Origin: Octopus bimaculoides
Lineage: Eukaryota
Direction: 5' to 3'
NCBI RefSeq assembly: GCF_001194135.2
Contig: NC_068993.1
Coordinates: forward strand, 35,232,383-35,265,904
DNA length: 33,522 nucleotides
The notes beneath the pieces were generated by a model. It was not told the origin of the DNA, searched no databases, and was given only the letters and a program-made list of their open reading frames with translations. Positions 22,208 through 33,473 of the stretch are shown here, piece after piece. Position numbers and translations under genes: made by a program. The number at the start of each line of letters is the position of its first letter. Position 1 is the stretch's first letter.

Positions 22208-23368
22208 AAAAAAGACGCAATAGAGGACAATAGAAACATTCGGACAGATAGACGATACAAAGTCGGATAAGAGAAACAGCAATTAGAAGGACAAGCAAAA
22301 CAGACGGATCATCTGTGGAGTTCTTTCTTCAGTCAGGTGCCAGACGTCACGACCATTTCGGGCAGTTACACTTGAGATGGTTCGATCTGGTTGCCCGCCA
22401 AAATGTTTAAACTAAGAGCATTAGACCTCTTTGTAAGGAAGCTAGCGAATGTGTACGACAACAAAAACAAAAAAACGGAGAACATAGCATACAATTACGA
22501 ATACAAACAACAAGAAATAACAAAAGGTGTCTTTCGACTGAGAACGAATCAAATTGAGCTGGCGTGTATGAAGTGAATGCCTAAAGGCAGGGACATAGGA
22601 GATGGGCATAAGAGGTGTTGGTGGTCGGCAGTCAAGCCTAGAAAGTAAGATCATAGCTGGCCGGACACCGGTCACGTGGAAGGAGGGGAGGTGAGTAGGG
22701 GGCAGCAGGATTGAAGGATTAGAAAAAAATCAGAGACAAAGAGAAAGGTACAGGGGAGATAAACGAGTGGTAAATAGTGGGAGTTAGAGAAAGAGAGGGC
22801 CAAGAAATGTGAGAGAGGGGGTGTGAGGAAAAGAAAAAAGGAAGAAAGTGAGAGGGGGACTAAAAGACAGAGTAATAGTCGTACAGAATATAGATAGATA
22901 CCTACTGTAAGGTGAGCGCAAATGCGTACGTACTTTGCTATATGTATATATAAATATAAAAATGGAACAAAAACGCAACAGAGGACGATAAAAACATTCG
23001 GACAGATAGACGATACGAAGGCGGATAAGAGAAACAACAATTAGAAGGACAGGCAAAAAAAGAAGGGGTCATTCGTGGACTTCTTTCTTCAGTCAAGCGC
23101 CAGACGTCACGACCATTTCGAGTAGTTACACTGTAGATGCTTCGATCATGTTGACCCACCAAAAAGTCTAAGCCAAGAGCATTAGACCCCTTTGTAAGAA
23201 TGTGTACGAATGTGTAGCGAATGTGTACGACAACAAAGACAGAAAACGGAGAACATGGTATACAATTACGAATACAAACAACAAGAAATAACAACTGGAG
23301 TATTTCGACTGAGAACGAATCAAATTGAGCTGGTGTGTATGAAGTGAATGTCTAAAGGCAGGAACATA
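22204..23368. mobile_element. Element with ~400-bp direct terminal repeats (22204-22597 and 22962-23368) around a purine-rich ~365-bp spacer; pseudo-LTR/TRIM-like or a partial tandem with period 758
   Basis: The two copies are colinear (e.g. cattcggacagatagacgatac, cagacgtcacgaccatttcg, gactgagaacgaatcaaattgagctgg), about 85% identical by eye. No coding homology recognised. Confidence 0.75.
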
Positions 23369-24049
23369 CATATATGTGTGTGTGTTTATATGTATATATA
23401 TATACATATATGTATATATGTATATGTATATATATACACATATATATATGTATGTGAGTGTGTATATATATATATACATATATACACACACATATACATA
23501 CATCCATACATACATACATACATACACACATATGTACACAGACAAACACCATCAGTCACAATTAATGACGACTGAATTTTTTCTTTACGGTTTTATATTG
23601 CCTCTAGCCACCTTTATATTTTTCTGATGTTCACATTATCATTCTGCTGAATCTGATGGTAAACTGTATATACTGACAGGTAGGATTTGGCTTATCAACG
23701 ATGGAGTAGTGGTTCTGATGAGCTTTAATTTAAAGCGAAATTGGCTTGCCAATATAATACCCTCGCTTGTTGTGTGTACATAGACTGCCAGTTAATAGAC
23801 TTATGCTATGTTCGTGGTTCTTATAAGGCTTTTTGACACTTGTTTCTAGCAATATAGGTGCTACTCAGTACCCTCAATCATTATTAGCGACAACTGAATT
23901 TCTTTGTTTTATATTGCGTCTAGTCACCTTTATTATTTTATCATATATATTTATATATGTATCTTGTGATCAACGAGATTATCAGATTTTGTATCGAGCA
24001 GGCCATTTCCCCGATCGGAAAGTTAATCCGTCGTAGGGTTAGCCCTTTA

Positions 24050-24193
24050 CAGCTGAGTGGAGTGAAGCTAAATAAAATGAAGAGCTTTGCTCAAGAACAC
24101 AACACACCGACCCGTCCGGGAATCCAGCATACGATCTAGCTAGATCTAGCTAACATGATTGCAAAATACTAACCGCTGGGCAACGCACCTTGA
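24050..24193 (-). mobile_element. tRNA-derived SINE 5' part (family C)
   Basis: agctgagtggagtgaagc...ttgctcaagaacacaacacaccgacccgtccgggaatc...actaaccgctgggcaacgcacc: a tRNA-like head on the minus strand, similar to 16600-16750. Confidence 0.65.
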
Positions 24194-24202
24194 CATTGAT
24201 TC

Positions 24203-24519
24203 GCTGTGTGGCAAGTAGCTTGCTTACCAGCCACATACTTCTGGCTTCAGTCCCACTGCGTGGCACCTTGAGCAAGTGTCTTCTGTTATAGCCTCAAGTT
24301 GACCAAAGCTTTGTGAGTGGATTTGGTAGACGGAAACTGAAAGAAGCCCGTCGTATATGCGTGTCTGTGTCCCCCACCATCACTTGACAACCGATATTAT
24401 TGTGTTTACGTCCGCGTGACTTAGTGGTTTGGCATAAGAGACTTATAGAATAAGAACTAGGCTTACAATGAATAAGTCCTGAGGTTGATTTGTTCAACTA
24501 AAGGCGGTGATCCAGCATG
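24203..24519 (+). mobile_element. SINE family B, nearly full length, without an expanded internal microsatellite
   Basis: Colinear with 19521-19922. Confidence 0.9.
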
Positions 24520-24805
24520 AAGCATGTATATATATATATATATGGTCAAAAAAAATATACTACCCATCGTGACATCTGCATACTCAAATATCAAAATAAG
24601 CCCAACATCACACACGCACACACGCGCGCACGCACACACACACACACACACACGCACATACACCTCTATTTCCTTATAAGTAGCATCCCTTCTGTCTTTC
24701 AATCACCTTCTACTCCTCACCATCAAATACACGCAGAAATATCCACATACCCCAATGAAATTTTTCCTTGGTCAAAACTGATAAAAAATCTGTGAATCAT
24801 AATCC

Positions 24806-24970
24806 TTTCTACTAAAAGCACAAGGCCTGAAATTTGGGGCTAGGGTATGAGTCGATTACATCGATCCCCACCGTTATACTGGTCCTTAATTTATCGCTCC
24901 AAAAGGATCTCGGCGGAATTTGAACTCAGAACTTAGTGAAATACAGCTAAGCATTTCTGCTAGCTCGCTG
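24806..24970 (-). mobile_element. SINE family A
   Basis: Reverse complement reads gcgagctagcagaaatgcttagc...gttctgagttcaaattccgccgagatcc...gtgggg atcgatgtaatcgactc...aaatttcaggccttgtgc. Confidence 0.8.
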
Positions 24971-25143
24971 ATAAGCTTAAAGCTAATAAGCTATCACCGT
25001 GTATTGACTTCAGAAAATAATCTAGTATTGGGGCATATAGGCCCTCTACGGATCATTTTTTCCCGTCGATGTCTTATATGTCTCAGTACTAGACTATCTT
25101 CTTTAGTCAATACACGGTGATAGCTTATAAGATTTAAGCTTAT
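24971..25143. repeat. 173-bp quasi-palindrome (foldback/MITE-like): 81-bp arms and an 11-nt loop
   Basis: 24971-25051 against the reverse complement of 25063-25143 aligns without gaps at 68/81 identities, including a 24-bp perfect stretch. Confidence 0.92.
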
Positions 25144-26626
25144 AAAAAATATTATTATTCACAGAATTGTCATTGGTCACCGTGTCTCAATTTATCGCAG
25201 AAAAACACATATGTGTATATGTGTGTATATATATACATACATATGCGAAATCATCGATGAACTGACTATGCCTGCTACTGTACAGAGCTGTAGAGAGCTT
25301 GCTCCCCGGGTCAGTCATTAAGATAATGCTTTTCATGGCAGTTGAGTTGTTTTGATTTATTTCTAACACTGGTGCTGATTAGTGCCCTTGGTTACTTTAT
25401 TACAGTGGTAGTTTCAGCAAAAGGCGCTGTGTTCCCTTTAGTTCGAGTAATCAAAATTTTCTTGGGACGGAACGAAATGCACTCCGTTTGAACTGTTAGT
25501 TTTGGTAAAAATATATATGCAGATAAATATTTATTTGCAATAATCTGCACATTCAGCCAGAAAAAGTATTTACATGTGCACATTCATATAGCAATGGTCT
25601 GATAGTCTTAATATAAAAGGCGCACACAGTGATACACACACACAGACACACATACAAGCACGCAGAGAGAGGAACTGCGATACTAATAACATGGCGTAGA
25701 ACTCAATATACGTATGCTTCTGGATAAGTGTTAATCGTGTACAGAGCCCTAATAAGAAACAGAGACGACAAAGATACAAACGATTTTGTTATGACCTTCA
25801 TTGTCTTATAGTTGTTTCCGTTATCAGATGCAGTGGACTCGGAGTTTTATAGCTTGATCGGTGTTTCGAAAATTTATTTGGAAGAGCAAATATATTTATA
25901 AAAATACACACGAAAGACGGTACCAATGAGAGAGTATATCTGTAAGGGAAGATATCCAGGGGCTCCTTCCATAATTAGAATAAAATTAATTCGAAAATGT
26001 ATATACTGATTGGTATACCAATATGCAGAGAAATAGTAAATAGATCTATCAGTGAGAATATATATGTACACATACAGATATATACGAATAAAATATAATA
26101 TACATATAGACAAGTATAGGTACACAGGCAAAGACACAAAGCTGTATATACGTGTACATACCTAACAGTCTATATATTTGTGTGTATATGTCTATGTATG
26201 TGTGTATATATATATTGCGCATGCGCGTCTTATATATATATTTTATACATTTACACATTGCTTTTGGTTATGGTCATTACTACCATCAGAGAGATCATAG
26301 CCGCCGTTTTCACAGCCATTATATAACCATCTACGTTAGTACCGCTTCTACAATCAAAATAACCATGTCTCTTTGATTTGACGAAGATAATATTTGAAAT
26401 CACTTGATTCATTCCAAGCACTAACGATGGGACTATTTACTCGCATAGAGCATTAAGCGCAAATCTACTGATATTTTCCTCTGTCTTTATTACCCCATCT
26501 CTCTGTCTCACCCACTTTCCATGTATATATGTGTATATACATACATATATATATATACATGTGTATGTGTATGTATACGTGTGTATATACGTATATATAT
26601 GTATATACATATATATATATATACAT

Positions 26627-26657
<31 letters not shown>

Positions 26658-27055
26658 ATGCTTCACTTTCCTGTAGTCCGCCAGCCTACAGCAACAGCTG
26701 AAGGATGAAGTCATACTAAATATTTCATTAAAAGCTAAAGAAAATGTAAAGAGAACTTAGGAACTAATATCTAAGTTGAAAGCACTTGAACAATTTCTCT
26801 GGGTAAGACTTAAATCATGGATATCGAACGATATTCGATTTGGCATTCATCCGATAGAGATGAAATAGAAACTATTCAACTTCAAGGTATCGATGAAGAA
26901 CATCCTTAAATATTGATTTCTTGTTTTCTTTACATAATCAAAGCTGACGTAGACGCTGACAAAAGAATCCAAGTGAATTTATAACTTCCGTGATTAGGAA
27001 TTGATTTCAAGAATTCCAAAGGGTCTACTTACATATTCAATAGTGCGTTTTTTTT

Positions 27056-27091
<36 letters not shown>

Positions 27092-27336
27092 TAACAGAAG
27101 ACCTGCTTGCTTGTTTTATTTCTGTTATTGACTGATAGATGATGTAATGTAAAAAATCTGAGTATATTAAAGAAGTACTGCTATGTTTTAAGTAAGCTAG
27201 TATATTTTATTTTTACACTGTAGAGCACCAATAATGACTCATTTCAAAAACAGGAGGTTTTATATTTGTAAAGAAACAGAACGATATTATTGGCAGTTCC
27301 ACTTACGTCGCAAACTTTTTTTTTTTTCTTTTCCAG

Positions 27337-27401
27337 AATGACTTAGATGCCACGAAAATCATTATTTGGCATCTACGCCACTCTCAAAAATTGATAGCAA
27401 T
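27337..27401 (+). other. Candidate 65-bp spliced exon, antisense to the GluN3-like gene
   Basis: Branch-like CTTAC at 27302-27306, a long U-rich tract, TTCCAG| acceptor and AAT|GTAAGT donor. Frame 0 is open (NDLDATKIIIWHLRHSQKLIA). Confidence 0.4.
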
Positions 27402-28078
27402 GTAAGTGAACTGACGGGGTATCTCCAAGAATTGAACTAGTTTGTGTTATCCCTTCAAACAGTTGCACACTTATAACTGCCGAAGTTCTTTTATATTACA
27501 ACAATTCTGTCTCCCACGTATATATTAAATCTATGGCAATGCTCCAGCAAATGAGTTGAACAATGTTTTTCTTTTTTTTGTGATTCATTAAAATCCTTTA
27601 CAGAGCAGAAGTATGAAACTGTGGGCCTTTTACGATTACCTAAAAGGTGATGATTAGATTACGCAAAGCGAAATTCCTTATGCATACGTGGGATAACACA
27701 TCAGCCAATTCTCGCGTCATGAGATTTCCAACAAAAAGTTTAATAGGTAAGCGATATTAATATCGAAATTAGTCTAAGTAACCGTCTAATAAATCATAAA
27801 TGTTTTAGCATATGAGTAATACTAAAGACAGAATGAAGATGAGAACGGAAAGATATTTAGTAAAAGGAATTGAGTAAAAGAAAGAAGTAAATTAGATTGC
27901 ATTTGACCAGAGAGTTGGTAAACCGAAACGGAAAAAAATAAAGCAAAAACAACAAAAATCATTTGAGGCTGTTGTTGCTAATGCACCACTAGCTGTAACT
28001 GTGGATTTGTTGAAGGAGGCTTCGTCCTTTGTTCTAAGAGTCGATCTAAAACAAAGGGAATTTCCCTGATAATAATAA

Positions 28079-30322
28079 AACTGGTCAAAAAAATTAAATG
28101 TATTATACTCATCATGATTGAAAACCAACTTTTTTTAAACTAATTTTTCAGGCTGATTTCTAAATAACACTCCATTTGTATGCAGCACGTATCAATTTTT
28201 TCAATAGATACATGCAAATATTTACATATTTGTGTATATGAAATCATTAACGCAATCAGTAAAGACATATTTTTCGAAAGTAAATTCTACGAAGAATGAA
28301 TGCACAAAATGTGAATGTGTCAGACAAAACAAAGTTAGAACAATAGAGTTAAAAACTTTGTAATTTGGATTTCCTGCGCTGTTCGTGATCTGTTTGATCA
28401 TGGTGAAGCGTCCAGCAGTAGTGAGCCAGCAAACTGTCATTCCAGAAGCTTTGGTACCGTTTCTCTATAGCACTAATGTCCTGATAAAGTTGTTTACCGT
28501 CTTCATCAGACACTGCTCCAAGGTTATCTGCGAAGATATCTAGATGGGAGTCCAAGAAGTGAATTTTCATGACATAAGACAATCCAATGCTGAGTAACAT
28601 TTCAGAAGAGTCTTGATGCCATCGTTGTTGCCCAAGAAATTCTCACAGATGCAGTTGAAAGCATTCCAGGCAGGCAGTTCCAGTTCATCCAGTGTTGTCT
28701 TGAAGTTGACATCTTTGAGTACTTCTCTAATTTTCGGGTCCGACAAAGATAGCCCCTTTCAACTTTGCCTGTATGATTTTGGAAAACTGACATTTCTCTT
28801 CTCTAGTGTCTTTACAAAGTGTTTCATCTGTCCAAGCGTTATGTGCAAAGGAGGCAATAGGACATTACATAAATCTACTAGAGGTGTATTCTTGACGCTA
28901 GACAGTTCTGGCTGGTATGATGCTCTGGTCCGCCAATTTGATTCCGAATGATGCATGTCAGTTGCCCGACTATCCCATAAACACTTCTGTGAAACCTGAC
29001 TGCTTTCCCATTAACATTCCAATAACTTTTAAATCTCCACATATTTTCCATGAGTATCTTTCATAGGCAATGGCATGAAGTAAAAGTTCCATATCCTCGT
29101 ATGATTCATGAAAATGAATGGAGTGTGCATATAGGAATGGAAGGCTTCAAATTACCATTATGTAGAAGTACAGTTTTTAAAGTTTGTTTTGAAGAGTCAA
29201 TAAATAAACGCCACTCTGCAGGGTTATGATTGTGTGATAAACATTCGAAAAGTTCATAGCTGTTACTACAAAATCAAAGCAGGCCTTCAACAGAAAAAAC
29301 ACGTTTGTAGAACCACACATCTCTGTTGAAAATACGTTATAATAAAACCGTGCTCTAGCAGATACTTCTCCAGCCTTGATGCCCACAGTTCTGCTCTATC
29401 TTTTGAGAGGGATATGTCTCTAACAAGGTTCAAAACTATCGTCATCAGCCACGTAATCTTCCTCAGTCAGCATCATCATGACAGTCAGCATCATCATATG
29501 ATGTTTCAATACCATCATCTGGTGGAACTGGAAATGGCAGACTTCCATTGTGAGGCACAATTCTCATTGCAGAATCCAAATTGGAATACGCAATTTTGTG
29601 TTTATTCTTCATAGAAAATCCTGTGACATTTACATTGCAAAAATAACAGACAATTAAAACGGCTCCCTCCATATCACTAGAATGGCAAAAAGCATGGACT
29701 CCTTCTTATTTTTGAACCAATCACGTAAGCCATTTGAGCAAGCTGGGCAGATAAAATGTGGTACCCATAACTTGTCCTGATCTACAAGAGGACAATCAGA
29801 TCTTGATCTCTGGTGTTATTGTACGTTTTTGAGCTTTCACGATATATTGTCCACAGACATAACAAAACACAACAGGACGATTTCTACACTGTCTTCACAT
29901 CATTAACTCTGTAAAACAAGTAAGGAAATAGATACAAACGGTTACACAAATTTAATTTTGAGATGATGAAATATTTCAGCAGACGAATTATGACTGACCA
30001 AATTCAGATGTTTAAATACCTATTTCATCAGGCAAAACTTAACTGGTTAATTTAAGATGATGAAATATTGCATCTGAACTATACAGCAATGAATAATGTA
30101 GTTTAGTTTAAAGGTATATTTCCATGATGTAACTGAAATACATACATACAAGTCATTAATTAGAATTTCTATATTATGCAAGAGCTAAAACCAAAAATAC
30201 TTTCTCATCTTGAAAACTGTACGTGATGTCAGAAAAACTAATTGTATCTTTGAAATTATCATTAAAAACTAAACTAAATACATTTTGACATATGCTTCAT
30301 GAAAACTACTTGTTGACCAGTG
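28079..30322 (-). mobile_element. Chapaev3-like (CMC superfamily) DNA transposon, both ends present, decayed
   Basis: Termini (c/a)actggtcaa at 28079-28088 and ttgaccagtg at 30313-30322, with subterminal acgtg motifs near both ends and a transposase inside. The family name is from my recollection of the motifs. Confidence 0.82.
28349..29900 (-). pseudogene. Chapaev-type transposase pseudogene
   Basis: M*RQCRNRPVVFCYVCGQY, DQDKLWVPHFICPAC, IWREP, CYFCNVNVTG, LPPLHITLGQMKHFVKTL, MKIHFLDSHLD.F.DNLGAVSDE.G...YQDIS..EKRYQ..W..SLLAHYCW. Many stops and frameshifts. Confidence 0.88.
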
Positions 30323-30817
30323 TAATTAAAACAAGATAGAGAATGCGTATAAGTAACAAATCGCTAGAGACCTTATCTCTCTTTTACTCGAAGTACTGCG
30401 CACAGGAACTAACACAGAACCATGTGATTGGGAAACTATAACTACAATCTAAATACAATCTAGGATTTAGGTATGTTCCTTTACTGCCTGAGGTCGAATC
30501 ACGCGAGTGCAGTTTTGTCTTTCATACCTCTGGTGTCGATACAATGAGGTTGACAGCAGTTCATTTCGAACAGTATTTCGCCTTGTGCTTATGTTTGCAG
30601 ACAGTATCAATCTTGTATTTTGATTCATATGATTTAATGCACCCTAGAAAAATTTCATTACGTCAATATAAATATTATATTTAGAAATTTATTCAACGAT
30701 GATATAACAATAAATATCTGCTTATTTATTTGGAGAGAATGAGGAACAGAAGTGTAGGCAAGCTTATTTGAATCCAGTGCCGTCATGTTTTAATAAGTCA
30801 TCTATAGTTATATTCCT

Positions 30818-31190
30818 TGTCACATCGTTAGCAACTAGGTGGCGCTCGTTACATAGCTATAAAAGACGCGCACAGACAGGTAACATCCTCTTTCTCTCAC
30901 ACACTGAAAGAAACGGTATGGACGACACGAGCGAAAGGGATTGGGACAGGTCACTTCATCTCCGGACACGGGTTGGTGAGCTATTTTAACTTCCACCTGT
31001 TGAGAAAGATCCGTCTGGAGAAAAAGTACTTGTCGCAAAGTACGTTCGGGAATAGATGGATGTATGTAGTAAGGAAGTTGAGAATGAATGGAGCCGTGCT
31101 AGCATAGTTGGTCAGGGTGAAAAGAAGGAAAAAAAAACCAAAAGAGAAATAAAAAACCGGCGGGTTAAATATAAAAAATAACCCGGAACA
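30818..31190 (+). mobile_element. Possible solo LTR
   Basis: TGT...ACA ends, internal TATA box and AATAAA at ~31148. Flanks ttcct/ttatt match only 3/5, so a target-site duplication is not established. Confidence 0.3.
30830..30865 (+). promoter_or_regulatory. CTCF-like motif followed by a TATA box
   Basis: AGCAACTAGGTGGCGCTCG (30830-30848) matches 13 of 14 positions of the CCAC(C/T)AG(G/A)(G/T)GGC(A/G)C core. TATAAAAG is at 30858-30865. Confidence 0.4.
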
Positions 31191-31499
31191 TTATTTTATA
31201 ATTTTTAATTGCACATATTTTTATTTCATTCTTTGGGCCTACTTTGCGGCATCTTATGCATGTATCTTCTACTAACTCTCCTGGCTGACCAATGTCTTGT
31301 GAGTGAATTTAGCAGAAGGTAAAATAAATAGTTGGTTGATACGTTTTTTCCAGTTGAGGATCAATATGACTACAAATTAAAAATAAATTCAATACAATCC
31401 TTACGGCTTCTACCTCAACATTCTTATCAATAGGCAACTAAAATTCAGTTTTGGAGTATTATCAAATACTTGATCTATAAAACGATTAATTCACTGTTA

Positions 31500-32420
31500 A
31501 CAGGAGTTTCGTTGATGGCTTCAGAAAACCAATATTTTTAAAAAGAAAAAATTCAATAGCCTTGTTTCCGTGACATTGTTGTATGCAATGCATCAAAAAA
31601 GAAAATTTATTTCACAATTATAATTGCAACATTTTGGCTCTAAATATCGACTTCGGATAACATTTTCGTTCAACTTACTTTCTGATGCCTTGGTCACATG
31701 TTTCGATTGACGATGTTTTGTTCGAGGGTGATCCAACTTGCTACATGTTCTTTAATTAAAACTTATTTTTGTGCACCATACAGTCAGTTAAGGCGATATT
31801 TTCCTTTATTTTCAAATCTCAAATAAACATTTGTTCAAATTAACGGTAGTAATCCCTGTAAAAACAGTATAATAGTATTGAGCAGGTAAACTTTTGACAT
31901 TCTTTAAGACAGCAGGAATATTTACTGTTAGCAACGACCAAAGGCCCTGGGTCTCTTTATTTCATATTAGCGGAACAAAAAACTGTGACTCACTCTTTTA
32001 AAGATTAAAGTACTATTAGGCATTGCACAAAATTACAAACCTCTTCTATCTGCGTCAAAAATATTCCCAAGTGAATAATCATCTATAATTTTCAGTCATT
32101 TTGTCGTAATATATACTTCAGCTGATGATATATCAACACAATTCCTTGCTACCAATGCATTTGTTTACAATATTCATCAAGTATTTCCATCTGTTACACC
32201 ATCTATCACTTCACACTACATTTTCTTTAAGAATTTCTTTCAGAAACTGACGCATTGGCGCTTCATTAATTGTATTCTTTTTTGGGAACATTGCCAAACG
32301 AAATTTGCAATGCTGTCTAAACTTATCTGACTTTATCAGACGGTAATCATTACGATCTATATTCTCATTAACAAGTGTTGATTTTTCAATGTCAAATATT
32401 TCTCTTCTTTTCATGCTTAC
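31500..32420 (-). pseudogene. pogo/Tigger-family transposase remnant (CENP-B HTH plus DDE_1)
   Basis: TINEAPMRQFLKEI...SDRW; IIDDYSLGNIFDADRRGL*FCAMPNSTL (for YxxxNIFNADETGL..AMPxxTL); LKNVKSLPAQY; PSNKTSSIETCDQGI (for PPNTTS..QPCDQGI); FDALH. Confidence 0.82.
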
Positions 32421-32860
32421 ACAACAATAGTGGTTGAAAGTTTTTTAATGAAAACAGCAGCACTGCGCTGACATATTCTGGGCAACTTATCATATTACTC
32501 CGATATATTTAGTCTTATAAGAAACAAGTTTTCCTGTTTCTTTCTTACTTTCGACAAGATTATGCTGAAGAATATTTTAACCTTATGTGCTTCAGTAGAA
32601 AACTTACAGTAAATAAATATAGAAAACCGTACAAAAATGTAAAAAAAAAAAAATCAGGAGCACTGACGCTTCTCTTCGTATCCACTCTGAAGTTTGAGAC
32701 GAGTGACGACATACAGCAGTATAGTATCAAGAAAGGATTAATAAATACAACTGGTTTGAAAATATAGATAACAACACTAACCTCGATTCGAATTAGCAGA
32801 TAATATAAAATTTATGTTTGATAAAGTGTTTTGGGTCGTTTAATTTTGGTACCAAAATAC

Positions 32861-32968
32861 TTCGAACCGCTAGGTTACTGGGATGTAAACGCACCAACAT
32901 CGGTTGTCAGCGATGGTGGGGGTACAAACGTAAACACAGACACACACACGTACACACAAACGCACGCA

Positions 32969-33007
<39 letters not shown>

Positions 33008-33125
33008 ACATATAGATGATGGGCTTCTTTCAGTACCGTCTACTCACAAGGCTTTGGTCGGCGCGAGGCTATAGTAGAAGACACTTGACCAAGGTACCAC
33101 AGAGTGGAACTGAACACAGAATCAT
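32861..33125 (-). mobile_element. SINE family B, 5'-truncated, with an internal (CA)n tract
   Basis: Reverse complement is colinear with the body and tail of 19521-19922. Confidence 0.85.
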
Positions 33126-33393
33126 TTATACCTTTTATGATAAAAATAGGTCTGCTTCCACTAGCCTTAGTACATCTATTTGGGATTTAAAAGATACCAA
33201 ATCAGCTTTTCGGTAGAGTGGGAAATTATAAGCAGGGCTACTGCTTACGAAACGTGGAAAGTCTTCCTGCTTTCTTCGTTCAGAAGAATTGTATTTGATT
33301 TGATTTTTGAGAAGACGTCTATTAAATACTAAGATGGAAATGGGATTTTCTTGTGTCCATGCCTCAAAATGGACATTTAGGAACTATCATTAG
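33126..33393 (+). mobile_element. Penelope-like element GIY-YIG endonuclease C-terminal remnant
   Basis: STSLSTSIWDLKD...VEWEIISRATAY...SCFLRSEELYLI...LLNTKMEMGFSCVH..KWTF, matching the PLE pattern T.LS..IW.LK....I.W.I...A..Y....C.LC..E...I....LLN.R.E....C.H. Frameshifted. Confidence 0.75.
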
Positions 33394-33449
33394 GTTTGTA
33401 GTAATCATTGATAATTGCTTATACTAAAGATATTTACATTTAAATAAAA

Positions 33450-33473
33450 TATATGTATATATGTATGCATGCA

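Noticed and set aside
22320-22375. Permuted hammerhead (GAAA...GUC...CUGAAGA) on the minus strand of the direct repeats
   Set aside because: Stem II cannot form in either copy, and stems I and III are poor.
24133-24152. Overlapping 14- and 16-bp palindromes gatctagctagatctagcta
   Set aside because: A simple 10-bp tandem duplication inside a SINE.
27892-28050. Minus-strand acceptor ccctttgttttag| followed by an open frame (STLRTKDEASF...)
   Set aside because: No good donor, no homology; the frame ends in a low-complexity tract and a stop.
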